DNA from: Octopus vulgaris
Lineage: Eukaryota
Assembly (NCBI GenBank): GCA_951406725.2
Contig: OX597830.1
Coordinates: 57,846,001-57,910,000, forward strand
Reading direction: 5' to 3'
Length of the DNA: 64,000 nucleotides
Of the stretch, positions 13,305 through 27,451 are shown piece by piece. Each line of letters opens with the position of its first letter. Positions within the stretch are counted from its first letter, which is position 1. The notes below the pieces were generated by a model that was not told where the DNA came from, ran no database searches, and was given only the letters and a program-made list of their open reading frames with translations. Both the position numbers and the translations under genes were made by a program.

Positions 13305-14136
13305 GTATGTCAAGATTTTTGTTTTAATTATATTCATCAGAAGCTTCATCTAATTAATTTTAAAAACATTTTAAAAAGAATCTCGTTTTAAAATGGTGAA
13401 ACTTACAACCAGACATTGTTGGAAAATTGCACTATTAGTTGTATGATTACCATTTTAAGTGTAGGCAGGGGTGAGGAGAATGCTAGTAAACATCCAAATG
13501 TTGTTAATTATTTATTCTCCTTCAGTCATTGGAAGCATTTCACTCGGGGCAGATATTTTGTTCATTATTATAAAGCTGACACTTGACCCCGTTTTGTAGT
13601 TAGTAACACAAATGGTATTCTTGCATAAATAATTCCTTCAATATCACTTGGAAATGTCTGATATTGGAAATCCAAAGTGTAAATATTTGTCTGTTACTTT
13701 AGCAGAGGAGACGTAATTAAGACTCGTTCACAACGTACCTGCTTCCTGCATTTGAAAGCCATTAAAAGCATATCATGCAAAGTCTAAAACTAAGTGTAAC
13801 AAATGTATTTAACTTGTACATATTTTAAAGATTTTTAAGCTGGTCAGATGTGTTATAGTGGTGGGTGTGTTGAAAAATTGGAACATTTCACAACAAAACA
13901 ATAGACTGGTGTGTTGTTGGTGCCAGTTGTTCTGGGAAGGAAGGAATTGATCATTTATCCGCTCGTCAACGGATTTCTGAGTTATCACACCTTCAGGGTA
14001 GACTGTTACAGTTTATGTACCTTTTTTTTAAGGAAATATTATTCTGTGAATAATATACGAAATGCTTTAGACATTGAGATCTGAACATAAATCTGAGTGT
14101 TGTTTTTTTCCGTGTGTGTGTGTGCGTGTATGTGTG

Positions 14137-14418
14137 CAGTGTCAGACTGACCAGGTTGCCAGCTTACTTGATGGCAAGTGGGCCCCTGCACCATTAGAAT
14201 CCATATATGGAGGTCCATGTTAATATCTAAGGGACCCGTCCCCTCAAGTTTGAAAATTTTTTATTCACTCCTGGAAGAAGCATTATTTCAGACTGGCTGT
14301 GTTTGAAAAAGTTGAAAAGAATACTTTTAGGAAAAAAGAAAAAAAAAAAAAATTGTAGTTGCGGGTGGGCCCCCTTAGTCTCCTGGCAACCAATATTTTT
14401 AGACCCAGTCTGCCACTG
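14137..14418. mobile_element. hAT-type MITE inserted in (TG)n
   Basis: TIRs cagtgtcagactg / cagtctgccactg. Flanks tatgtgtg / tgtgtgtg. Confidence 0.7.
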
Positions 14419-15372
14419 TGTGTGTGTGTGTGTGTGTAACTTTGTATATTTTATTCTGAGTTTCAAAGAGATAACTTTTATTGATTCCTTATTTGTTCAG
14501 TAATGGTCTTTGTTTGCTTTGTCTCAAATAGTTGCATGAGGTTTTCCTTTGTGCATTTTACTTTAAGTAAAATGCACATAAAATGCACACGTTGGTTTGC
14601 ATGTCTCATTTCTAACTCTTTAACAATATCACCATTCCAAGTGTTGTATATTCTACACATATTTGAATAAATTGGTTTATTTGTAGTTCACCTTTGTAGC
14701 TAAATTTTATTTTATGTTAACCAATTTTGCATTGTTACCAGAAATGTGTCAATAGAAAGTTATCGTCATTTGGCATCCATTGGGATGCATAGAGCTCTTG
14801 TGAATTCATGCAACATGATTTAAAAAAAATTCTTTAGGGTTTCATAAATAGTCCTTTTTTTTGTTTCTTTGTTTATATGATGCCAGCCCTTTGCAATAAC
14901 CTAAATAGAGTTGAGACTTCAATAAGGTGGACTTTTTCTTTCTTTTTTGTTGGAATTTGAAATCAAAATTCAGACACCTGAAACAGCTTTGACAAGGCAT
15001 CATGTCTGCTGCCATACCAGTTTCATCTTTCCACTTCACTGGACTGGGATTTTTATCTATCAATCCTGGAAGGATGAAAGCAAAGTTAATTGAAGTAGGA
15101 TTTGAACTCAGAGGATCAGATTAAATACACTGAGATACTCTTTGCAATTATCTTTGATAAAAATTTAGGCATGGCTGTGTGGTTTAAAAGCTTGCTTTGC
15201 GACCATGAGGATTTGGGTTCATTCCCACTGCACAGCACCTTGGGCAAGTATCTTCCTTTTAGTTCCCAGACCAGTCAATGCTCTGTCAGTGAATTTGGTT
15301 GATGGAAACTGTATGGAAGCCCATCATACATATACATAGGAGTGCGTGTAATATTTATACACACACACACAC

Positions 15373-16562
15373 ATGCTGTGGTGAATAAATTGTCATCTAA
15401 ATTATGCAAAAATGAAAATAGCACTGACATTTCATTTTAACAGATATATTTACCAAAATTACATAAAAATATCTTGAAATACTAAAGAGTAAATTTATTC
15501 AATAAAATTATCATTGGCTTTAACCATGGCCTTCTGCAACTCTTCTGGGCAGTCTTCTTTAAGTTGGTGAATGCTGCCATAATCCTTGCCTTCAGTTCAT
15601 CTTTGGTGTTACAAGGAGTTTTGTTGGTCTCTCACTCAACTGCATCCCACACGTAATAATCAAGGGGGTTTCAGTCTAGGGAGTTAGGTGACCAGATGTT
15701 AGGAGTGATGTGGTTGCAGAATCCTGTTGGTCTTCAAGTGGCCACCCTCTTGACCCAGGGCAGCACTACTTCCTCCAGGCACTTGATGTAGGTCTCCATG
15801 TTGAGTCTGAGGCCATGTGGGAAGATGAATGGAGGCATAACGTCACCGTCTAATGATCACTCCAAACACCATGATGTTGACTCGATGTTTGATTTTTATC
15901 ACTCTTGGCATCTGTTTTGGAGACAGTTCTGTGTCTTCACCATCTGATCCTGGCAGAAATTTTTCTCATCTGAAAAAAACCCAAAGCATGTTCAGTTGGA
16001 AGGGATCCTTGAGTTTGTTCAAAAGCTTCATAGCGCAGTCTTTCCTCTTGTCCTTGATGGCTTGGGATAAAAATTGGGCCTTTCTCATCTTGTATGAAGA
16101 ATACCAAATGTCTTCATGCACCATCTGCTTGATAAGAAACTCAGCCACTCCCATGTCCCTTGCGATGGATCTGATTGACTTGGAGGGATTGTTGTCAGTC
16201 ATGACCAGGATCTCGCCAGCAAATTCAAGAGTTCTTTTCTTATCAGAACAATCAGAGTAAGTGTTCTGAGCTGCTGTACCTTCGTAATCACCATTAGACT
16301 CGTCCAACTCTTTCTGAATACTCTGCACTCTCCTCAGATTGATACTCAAACACTGAAATGTTTGTATTGGAGCTTTCAGCATGAATGCCAAGCAATACAA
16401 CATATTTTTTTGCAAATTTCTGGCAGAGTGAATTGTGTCATGGTGTTGTTTTTCTTGCCAACAGTGCCCAGCTGACCCTACTATACTGTGTAGTCAACAA
16501 AATCAAAAACAATGCTCATATATGAAATTAAAAGTATAAAATGGCAACAATTTACCCATTAC

Positions 16563-16566
<4 letters not shown>
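15373..16566 (-). mobile_element. Fossil Tc1/mariner-superfamily transposon with disrupted transposase
   Basis: Minus strand gives HTH-like PSKSIRSIARDMGV, then SDEKNF after a frameshift, VMVFGVI, PPFIFPHGLRLN, QQDSA and NPLDYYVW. Frameshifts, stops and an apparent internal deletion after QQDSA. Imperfect TIRs. Confidence 0.88.

Positions 16567-16647
<81 letters not shown>
16565..16647. repeat. (TG)n(TA)n(CA)n compound microsatellite
   Basis: Direct inspection. Confidence 0.95.
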
Positions 16648-16648
<1 letters not shown>

Positions 16649-16849
16649 GGGTTATTCAAAAAGAATGAACCGATTTCATTACACAATATTTTAATAAGGA
16701 AAAACAATAGAAAACTCCAGCTAAGTCCCAAGTATTTACTTGCAATCAACTTTTATTTCCTGTCTTAGAAAGGGTTCCGTGTGGCCACCACCTGCAGCAT
16801 CAATGTGATAAGAGAATTCCCCCCCCCCAAATGTGTATCAGCATATCAT

Positions 16850-17030
16850 GATCCACCGAGTATTTCTTTGGCTGTCTGAATGCTTTATCGAAGTTTTTCC
16901 ATTTCCCTTCTATGTCAATATCTTCTGGAATTGCCTCAAGCAAAGCAAATTTATTCTTTAGTTCCATAATGAACTTGCTTTTGTTATGCTGATATGCGTC
17001 TGGGAAGAATTCTCTTACCGCACCGATGTT
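16850..17030 (-). mobile_element. Short LINE (probably RTE-type) ORF fragment
   Basis: KFIMELKNKFALLEAIPEDIDIEGKWKNFDKAF resembles the FxxELxNRFxxL...IExxW segment after the LINE endonuclease domain (from memory). Confidence 0.5.
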
Positions 17031-17785
17031 GCCCTTGCCAGTATGGAAAACGGCTGTTAAATGTGTATTTGTTTGTGCCACCACTTGACAGCTGGTGTTG
17101 ATTTGTCTATGTCCCCATAACTTAGTGCTTCAACAAAAAGAGACCAATAGAATAAGGCCCAGACTTAAAAATAAGCCCTGGGGTTGGTTGGTTGGTTGAA
17201 CTAAACCTTCGAGAAGGTGCCCCAGCATGGCCGCAGTCCAATGACTGCAAAAAAGCAAAAGATAAAAGAAAAATATGAATTTTAAATTAACATAATAACA
17301 GTGGTGCCCCAGCATGACCGTATCTTTAAAGCTGAAACAAGTGTAAAGAGTAACAATAGACTGTCTTAAACATTCAACTCTTGTGTGTCTGTCTACACAA
17401 CACTTTGGAATTCCTTTGTGCTTTTTCCAAACAGCTTTCCGTTGTTGATTCCAATCGTTTTCTGGGCTAAGCTTGCTGTTCTCATTAATATCTGACACAT
17501 TTTCATTTTCAGTCATTTCCATCCTGCATTTTTCATCACATTCTAAAGTCTAGCTTAATTTTCAGAGCTTAAGGCCTCTCTAGTTATGATGGTTTTAGTA
17601 AGGTCCAAGTCATTAAGAAACAGGAAATTGACTAAACTCATGTGATCTGATGGATTTTGTGAAGAAAGCAGTTTCTTTCTTTAGAATCCATTATGGCTGA
17701 TTTTGTTGGGCAGCTGTTTCACTCGAGCGTGGAAACAAAAGCACTTCTAACTGCCCCTATAAATAATTGGTCATTTTATTCTTAG

Positions 17786-17872
17786 GTAAACGGAGACATT
17801 CCACCCAAAGTGAAGCATGATGCCCATACCATGATACTGGATTTTATAAGATCAAGACCCCCTCTACATCCT
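17786..17872 (+). CDS. spir: Spire exon, WH2-C ([29 protein letters not shown])
   Basis: ttcttag acceptor, CCT/GTAAGT donor, 87 nt, phase 0-0. Near-identical to the Spire motif VNGDIPP...[15 protein letters not shown]. Confidence 0.97.
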
Positions 17873-18930
17873 GTAAGTGATTGCTAGCTGTCTTTCTTCT
17901 AACAGCACTCTTGCTTGTTAATTTTCTAAAAAAAAATTATTATTATTATTATTTATTTTGCTTCTCTTTAACATATTAATTGACTTTTAATCTAACACAC
18001 ATTCTGGGAATAATGGTTTGTATCCCAATTTCCCACTTAAAATCCTTTTAAAACTTTGATTCTTTAAATTCTTATTTTTTATTCATCAGAAACAGTATTT
18101 CTCTCCCTCCAAATCCTTCCTGCCCTTCATTTCCGTCTGGTATGTCAGCTGCTATTTACTTTGATTCTAAAATAAAATATGTCCATTAAAAGAGATGTAT
18201 CTCCCCTAATCTTACTTCAAAGTGAAAGTTTTGGAGGCTTTTCTTGAAGTTTCTGACTTTGCTCTTTTCTATGCTATTCTTTCATTTCCATTTACCATAA
18301 TTCTTCTGTAGAGCATGTTACTGATAGCTTAACCTTGATTGCAATTCAGAGCTTCTTCTTATCCAACAATTCTTTATTTCCCTCTCTGCACTTTTCATTC
18401 CACACTCTAATTACTTTGCACTGATCAAAGTTTATTTTCATTCAAACAATTACTTACAAAAATGTAACACCCAAAATTTCAGAATAAAGTTTTAACTTTG
18501 TTTCATGACCATTTTGTATTGCTTTTTGTATGGAAATTTCTAATATTTTATCTCTGGATTAAATTTTACAATTTAAAATTAAACCGTCAGAATATCTTTC
18601 CTCTTTATTAAACTTCCATTATTAACAAGATTATTACCAGTTAACCTTTTGTGTATTTTTATTCTAAACTCTTTGTTCTTTCTGCTTGATTTACTCTTCT
18701 AACAAAATGTTGCACCATTCATGCTAACTCTTTAAAATGGTATTTCTTTGAAATAGCTTTCCATCCTTCCATAATTTTTAAAACTGAACCAGTTGAGATT
18801 AGTGGAAGCTGTTTGATTCTATAATTTGTTTCCCTCCTTACTTCAAAAGGATTGCTCAGAAATAATTCTAAAAAACTAAGAACTTTCGCATTTTAGTATT
18901 TTGTATCTTTCCTACAAATGTAGGATGTGT

Positions 18931-18963
<33 letters not shown>

Positions 18964-19898
18964 ATGCTACTACTGCTACTACAACATGAGAATAAAACTT
19001 CCCACATTTGAAGGTATGTAAATGTAGTTGGAGAAACCTAGGTTAATTAGAATTAATTAAAGCTTGATAGAATTAACATCTAATGTCTTAGATTTAATCA
19101 TATCTCAAAAATCATACAGAAATTGTCGGCTATGAAGTGATTTGCAACCAATTTTTGAAACGGTCATTGTTGTTTAAAATTTATTTTTGTAGACAATTCC
19201 TTAATTTTTAGAGAGCAGAATGGTTTTTCACTTGCTCTGTGCTCACATTTATCTTAATTAAATCTAGGAAATAATCACTGTGAAACCATTAGCTTCAACA
19301 TAATTTTCAGACAATAGTTGATTGATATTGTTTAGTCTTATTCTCATGAAACGGTTTTAGGAATGAGGCAAACATTATGTTTGTGCTTGTAATGTGTATC
19401 TGAGACACAAAATCTCAGTGATTGCAATGTGAAATAAAGAATTTTATTGCCGTTAGATTTTCTTATGTACTATACAAAAGCACAATGGTGCCTCTGTGGT
19501 TACTCAGTCTGCAGATAAATTCCTTGTAGAATATACTCTGTTGCCTTGATCAAAAGGGATGGTCATGGCTAGAATACCTTTAACAATAAGTCTGAAGCAG
19601 AGCAGAATTTGTGTCAACAACCTCAAAAATAAAAAAAAATTAAATTGATACCGTTGTTATGGAGAAACGATGATGAAATTATAAAATGCTTGTTAATTGC
19701 TGGGGAGGGGGTGAAAACAAATGCAGAACCTATGAACTGAAATATTTTCTTTCCTCAATAAAAGTACTTTCCACTTTCAAAATATATCACACATCACCAC
19801 CACCAAAAAAAAGAATTTAAAGACGAAACAGTTTATCAATTTTATATTTTCTTCTATTCAGTTTTCGTGAGTTTGACAGAAAAATTTATTTCGCTTAA

Positions 19899-20120
19899 CC
19901 CTTTCGTTACTGTATTTATTTTGAGATGCTCTGTATTTCTTTCAATTACTTTTAAATATAACAAAGAAGTTAGAAAAATAACTTAGTTATCATTAAGCTT
20001 GTGTTAAAAACATAAATTGTGACTAAGGTTTGATGGAAGATTTTAATTCAGAACTTATGAAAACAAGACATTTGTACTACAGAGCCAGAGCTGGTTTCAG
20101 CCGGGTTGGTAACGAAAGGG
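19899..20120 (+). mobile_element. piggyBac-like MITE (222 bp)
   Basis: TTAA on both sides, perfect 12-bp TIR ccctttcgttac / gtaacgaaaggg. Confidence 0.88.
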
Positions 20121-23100
20121 TTAAGACATGAAATACTGTTATTGTGAACCCTTGGTTCACAGCAGCAGAATCTTTTAACACCACCTTCAATCAAAATTTA
20201 GCAGGTTTTCAAGTTTTATGTGAGCTTCTCCTGTTTTGTCCAGCAAACTTTCATATCAGTGGTGTGTGTGTGTGTTGCATTGTCTATGAAGATCTACCAT
20301 TGTTTGAATATGATTATTTTTACTTTATTATTTGTTGTTATTTTAGAGTTCAGTCAGTTATGTAGAGCATTGTACAATGTGAATTTTGTTTTTCCCAGAT
20401 GCTCTGGGTTTGGTGTTGTGTGTTCAAGTGTCAGTAATTCAATAGGGATAGGTTAATAATACTTGTTAAATTATTGGGTGGTAATTGGTATCAATTGTCA
20501 GGTATCAATTAAGTAAGAGTATAGTTTGTGTTATCTTACTGGGTATTGATTGTGTAGTGTGGGTTGTTGTTGTTTTGCCCCAAATTAGCCCTGATTAAGT
20601 GAATCCATGATCGAAGGCATTCCATCCATGAACATCTCTTTATTTAGACTTAGAGTAGCTGGGACTATACTATTGAAAATTTCCAAGACAGTTGAGTGTG
20701 ATAATAGAATCTTTTATTTCCAGCAGGTCGAATGACTGTGGTGAGACTCTCTTGTTGAGTGTATGTGTGTGTGTCTTTATATTGTTTGGTTGTGATCCCA
20801 TAGTGTGTGTTGCATGAATTTCTTATTTTATTGGGTGTTTTGTGTTGTGTGCAACCCCAAGGGAACTTTGTCCCCCCTCCCCCCAGCACCACTGCAAGTT
20901 TGTGAGCTATAGTATGTTTTTTTTTTTTGTGAAGACAAATGGCCTAGTGGTTAGTGTTGCACTCATGATCATAAGATCCTAGTTTCAATTCCCAGATCAA
21001 GCAGTGCATTGTATTCTTGATTAAGAAAAAAAGAAATCATTTCCTGTCGTTCCTGTCTCCACTCAATCGTAAATCGGGTCCAACAATAACTGGGATGTCG
21101 ACCCTGAACTCAGAGAATCACATTACTCTCAGATGTTCTCTCCAATTGTTTTTGATGGAATTTAGGCATAGCTGTGTGGTTAGGAAATTTGCTTTGCAAC
21201 CATGAGGTTTTGGATTCAGTCCCACTGCATGGCACCTTGGGCAAGTGTCTTATATTTTATAGGTCAATCAATGCCTTGTCAGTGGGTATCCCATCCAGAA
21301 TTAACTGGTTAATGGTTATCAAACTTAACTCTTTGGCTAACGGATTAACAATTAACAGTGTCCACCTTTGATTATTCTATATGGACTTTTCTTTGATACA
21401 GTTGACAGTGTGGACAGTCATGTCCCACATAGTGTCCAGTTCATTATCATGTCCCATATTTACTTATTCTCTGTTGCTTCTTAGGGATCATCGATGACTT
21501 TCCTCCACCCTTCTTGACTTGGAGTGAGGGGCTATCTTTTCCATTTCTCTTCTTCCTGATCTTGAATTGTCATTGATGCTTTTGCAATTTAGCTCTTTTT
21601 TTTTTCTTTAGGTAGAGTTGTTGGCTCTATGTAAACCCATTTTTTTTACTTCTGGTAGAGGTGGTCTGTATTAATCTACTCTCTATCCTTCCAGTATGGA
21701 AGGCCTCACTCAAATCTTACACTCAGCTAGCATAGCTGTCAGCCATTGAAGCCTACCAGCCACTACACTACAACAAGAACTGGTCTTTTTTGGTGGATGT
21801 TCAATGTTTCATATATGTTTATAACCCTAATCTCTTTCCAAATTGACGTTGTTGGATGCAACTGTTTTGTGGTGGTGAATTTCCAACACTCTTACCTAGT
21901 TTTCTCGTCCAACCTTTTCAATTCCCTTCACATCCATTCATTGTGTGTTACAGCTGTAGTTTATAGCTGAAATGGTGCCTTGTGTATTTATGCCTGATAT
22001 CTTATATCTAGCAAGGAATTCAGTTTTTTTTTTTATAATATTGATTGGCAAAAGGTGGTGGGTTGGCACACTGGTTACCTGCTGGGGAAAATGCTTAGCA
22101 GCATTTCTTCCGACTTTGTTTTGATTTCAGATGCTACCAGGGTTGACCTTGCTTTTCATCCTTTCAGGGTTAATAAGTACCAGTTGAATACTGGGGTTGA
22201 TGTGATTGACTTACCTGTTCCCTTAAAATTGCTAGCCTTCTGCCAACATTTGAAACCAATTCCAGCCTGGCTCCTCTCCAGTTCTCTTTCTAATTTCATC
22301 CTTATGTCTTGTATCTTAGTTTTTCCTGCTCTTATCTATTTTTTGTGTTTTATAGCTGTTTTTAATAGTTTTCCATTCTTTATTAGATATTTTTATTATC
22401 CATATTATTATTGTTGTTGTTGTTGTGGGGTTGCCTGATGAAGTAAGCACCAACCAAGCACTGAAGTCAATTTATTTGACTATTTCCTCTCCTAAAGTTT
22501 GAGGTGTTGTATCTGTTAAGAAATGGTGATTATTTTAACTTAAGTAGCTTATTGTAATCTTTTTCTTTTCCTCTCAAACAATATTTGATATCTCGTAGGA
22601 GTATCGCAATTGAATGTGCATATCCAATGCTTTTTTGTCTTAATTTTACAAAATTGAAAGCCTTGAAATTCGAGGCCATTGTGCAATATACATTCAGACT
22701 ACCTGTTTTAGTAAACAATTGCACATTCATGCATAGAAGTATCTTCATTTCAAACCATTTGCACTTTGGGAGTGGTTTGTCTCCCTCTTCCTCTCTGTCT
22801 GTCTGTGTGTCTCTGTCTGTCTGTCTGTCTATCGCTCTCTCTCTCTACTGCACTCGCTCTCTCTATCACTCTCTCTCTCTCTCTCTCTCAAAAATATCTC
22901 TGCCTCCAAATTAGTCTCTCTTTATATTCACTGCTAACTTTGAAAATCCTCACTTCATGCAACAATTTCTGATTCCTGTTCATCAGTTTTTAATATGAAG
23001 ACTTAGTTTTGAAATTGAAATATTTCTATATAACTCCAGAAATTTTTTTTCTGTTGTCATAACACTAAATATTGATGATTTCTGTATATATAAAAAGCAA

Positions 23101-23129
23101 CCTACCATAAATGCTTCTATTTACAAGGG

Positions 23130-23173
<44 letters not shown>

Positions 23174-23694
23174 GGGAAAAGAGAATTTTTTAAAACTGTA
23201 AAGATTATGTGGTGGTATGTTGTCAGTGTGACAGTCCCATGAAAGGGAATAATACTACTGCTATTTAGCCCTAGGAAGCACCTCTGAGAAATTTAGAAAT
23301 ATTATTTCTATGTAAAGATTATATCAATCTGTAAATTAATAGTAATGTTTCATGATATTACATCTAATTTTAATTTAATGTTTCTGACTTAGAGTAAAAT
23401 TATGCAAAGGTGTTGCATAGTATGAAGTTTTTTTTCTTATTGCATCATAAAAGTGATTATTTTTATATATTGATCTTGTCTAAAATTAAGCTTGACTGGA
23501 AACATTGACCTGACGTCAATAATGGAGTTAACCTATGACTTTAAGATGAAAAATTTGTAAAATCCTAAAGTTATACATTTTTCTGAAGTGAAACTAAAAT
23601 CTAACACTATTTCATTGTATGCATGTTATATGACTTGTGTCTTGTTTTTTTTTTCTTTTTTCTTTCAAACATTTACAACTGCTCAAAGCATTAA

Positions 23695-23914
23695 CCCTTT
23701 CATTACCAACCTGGTTGAAACTGGCTCTGGCTCTATAGTACAAATGTCTTGTTTTCATAAGTTTTAAATTAAAATCTTCCCCCAAACCTTAGTTATCATT
23801 AAGCTAGTGTTAGGAACATAAATTGTGACTAAGTTATTTTACTAAATTCTTTGTTATGTTTAAAATTAATTGAAAGAAACACATCATCTCAACAGAAATA
23901 TGGTAAGAAAAGGG
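23695..23914 (-). mobile_element. piggyBac-like MITE, same family, reverse orientation
   Basis: TTAA flanks. Reverse complement of the 19899 element. Confidence 0.85.
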
Positions 23915-23945
23915 TTAAAATATATAGTAGAGAAACAATTCTGAA

Positions 23946-24167
23946 CCCTTTTGATATCAACCTGGCTGAGATCACTTCTGGTTCTGTAGTACAAATGTCT
24001 TGTTTTCATAAGTTCTGAATTAAAATCTTCCATCAAACCTTAGTCACAATTTATGTTGCTAACTCTAGCTGAATGAAAACTAAATTATTTTACTAAACTC
24101 TTCGTTATGTTTAAAATTAATTGAAAGAAACACAGAGCATCTCAACAGAAATACAGTAACGAAAGGG
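23946..24167 (-). mobile_element. piggyBac-like MITE, copy adjacent to the previous one
   Basis: tgaa/ttaa flanks, same body as 23695-23914, 31 nt gap. Confidence 0.85.
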
Positions 24168-27100
24168 TTAAGGACAAAATGTCAGTTAAATCAAGCACAA
24201 GTTTAAGAAATTATATTTTTTCTTTTACTTTCAATATTTGCTGGAGTAGCAATGGAGAACCAGTCAATTATTGAGTACAAATCTATTATTCTCATGTTTT
24301 CTCATATTAAAACCTATTTTTAAAAAACTATGTAAATGATTGATTAGGCCAGTGATCATTGTTAAAATAATTTCTCTGCTAGCAGTTGTTCATTGAAAGT
24401 ATCTTTTCAGATTGATTTGTAAAGCTCTGTTTTAGGAAAGCCGTTGCATAACTAGCTTCAACAAGATTGTTTCTCAATCAAAAAATAGTTTGAACACTAA
24501 ACATAAGTGGCTCTCAATTCAAACAATAGATTTGTTTTTCTTTAGTTGATTCCCCCCATTTTCTTATTACATGCTCTTCAACTTGACTCTCTTCTTTTTG
24601 TTGCAGTTAAATAATTTGTTGATTAGTTATCTCATTACTACAATATAAGCTCTCTTAATGAGATTTCTCTGCAGTTTTCTCTTAGAGTTTATTTTCTAAC
24701 TTTGCTACCGATATTTCCTTTCATTGCTGCTTATTTCAAATCCAGTTCATACTTGAAGAAAATGCATGAAAGGCACTTGATAATGGGATAAAAATATACC
24801 AGTCCTGTTTTTTAGTTTTTGCAGTTTTAAAAATGAAAGCAGGTTTCCTACAGGTACAGAGGAAGGTAAAAGGGAAAATAAAACCATATTTGGTGAATTA
24901 TATGTTAAAAGGAAATTATACATATTGAGGGATATGAAGTTAAGACCCTGAAAAGACTGCACTGTTTTATAGTAGGGTTGCAATGGGAACGGTTGCTAAT
25001 CAGTGCAATTGAAACATGTGTTGGTCTTTGAAAGGCAGAATATAATTATAGAATTAAAGATAATGCCATTGCTACTTTGGAGTAACCAATATGGTTAAGG
25101 AAATATATTCGGAATCATCCCACGGAATATTCCTCTATTTTCTGATCTCATAAGAAGTTTATTGGATTTAACTGTTGAATAACATTTCTTTGAATATCTG
25201 AGAGCAAAATGGTAATCGGTTTGGAGTAATCCCTTATTTTTTACTTACATATATAATGTTAAAAGGAGATTAATATATATATCATGATCATCGTTTAACG
25301 TCCGTTTTCCGCGCTAGCACGGGTTGGACGGTTCGACCGGGGTCTGGGAAGCCAGGGGCTGCTCCAGGCTCCAGTCTGATCTGGCAGTTTCTATGGCTGG
25401 ATGCCCTTCCTAATGCCAACCACTCCGCGAGTGTAGTGGGTGCTTTTTACGATATATATATCTTGTTTTCAAACCTTAAAATTTCCATTTCTGATATGTG
25501 CCAGGTATAAAGTGACATCTAAATTCCTGATCACTGTTGCCTTCAAATCCATGTCAAGTATTTTCTTGTTTCTGTGGATAGGAAACTTTATTCTCCATGC
25601 CCCACTACACCTAGCAACCCTGAACAGGGAGCAAAATATCTGGTAAAGCTTTTCTGATACACAAGAAACGCTAATGGAAAGATTTGATTCTGTAGTCACA
25701 CAGGGCTTCTCAGGCTTATAATTGTTTCTAATTTATGTGTAAGGCCAGCAACATTTTAGGAGATGGGGGTTTGTCAGTTGAATTAATTCCAGTCTTTGAC
25801 TGGTACTTTATTTTGTTGATCCTGCAAGAATATAAGGCAAAGTTAACCTTGGCTCAATTTGAATTTAGAATGTAAAGCCCCTGAACCAATGTTGCAAGGC
25901 ATTTTACCGAATCTGCCCTCTGTTCTGATATTTTTTAACAGAATCCTGCTTTCCTTCCCCACCCCAACCCACTGCCAGAGCAGTTTCTCTTTTGTAAATA
26001 GTAAGGATTAGTGTCTTTCAGTTGGTACAAGTTGTCTTCATTTGCAATGTAGATACCAATAATTTAAGATGGAGGTTTTCACTTGATGTTGTATTTCTGA
26101 GATTGTTTTGGTACCTAAGACGCCTTTTGATGAAAGGATCTAATATTATTTCACTTCAGTTTGTGGTTCTGCATCAGTGATTCTCAACCGGGATCTCTGT
26201 AACCCTCAGACCTTCATACAAGATTTTGTGGCTAAAATTTATCTGCAATAAGCTGGTAATATTTCTACAATACGCAAAATATTTTCATTTTTTTTTATAT
26301 ACAATTCCCAGTATTATTTAAATACAGAGGTAGAGTAAGATTTTTTCTTAGATACATTGAATGGTTGTGGAAGTCCAGTAGAGTAAAATGGAAATCGAAG
26401 AGCCAGAAAATAGTTGAAAAATTACTATTCTCGGTGATAGTGCATAACAGGATTTGCTGATTGAGGTTGTTGTTACAGTTAATGTGAACTGCTAAACGCA
26501 ACAGAATTAATCCTTGTATTTATTTTCCTATCACTTCAAGATAAATGTCTCGTGAGTCATTGTTCATGTATCTGTAAATAAAAGCAACGAAATCTTTGTA
26601 ATCTGTGCCAATCTTTGCCCTTTGCTCATCCTGTGACACACAGGACATGTTTCCCGATGCATCATTTATGATACACATTCCCTGATTTTTTTTCTCAACC
26701 ACCAGAGTAATTTGGGACTTATGAATGGAAAGGTTTATATTACTCAGAATGTATGAAACCAGAGCCTAACTAAAAGTCTGAGAATAAGCATGGACATAAG
26801 GACAAACTTACAAAAATTTTTTGGAGAAGCAAAACATTCAGTTAAGACAACTTGATATTGCAGAGCACCTTCATTTAATTGAATCTATCTGGATTTCATT
26901 GTCAGTCATTTTTCAATCAAAAATCTTACAATTGTTTTTCGGGTTTTAAGACAGTTCTGTTTTCTCCTTCATATATAACTCTGAATCTGTAATACAGTTT
27001 GACTGTATCCAGTTTATTTTACAGTTGTAATCTGAGGTTATCATATCTAGAAGTAGATACATTCCTAAAGGTTTGTGGATGTCTTTCATGTTAATATCAA

Positions 27101-27229
27101 TGATGGGATAATTGTGATATTGCGTTTAAGGAAAATAGACTAGTCTGGCATTTCCTCATTTTATAGTATCTGATAGGTTTTGTTCAAGTTGTGTAGTCAA
27201 TTAAAATCTCAAGTGACTAACTTGTGTTT

Positions 27230-27261
<32 letters not shown>

Positions 27262-27271
27262 TTATATATAC

Positions 27272-27451
27272 TTTGAGGGTTATCAAGGCAGCCAATGGTT
27301 TCAGGTGAAACAATCTTCACAATTATTCACATGCAAGTCTTGGAACTCTTCTCCGTTTTGGATGAGAATACCAACATTTCGATGTGGTTTGCTTGAACAG
27401 TTGTGAAGATTGTTTCACATGAAACCAGTGCCTGCCTTGATAACCCTCAAA
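27272..27451. repeat. Inverted repeat, about 58-bp arms
   Basis: tttgagggttatcaaggcag...gaaacaatcttcacaa pairs with ttgtgaagattgtttc...ctgccttgataaccctcaaa. Confidence 0.9.
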
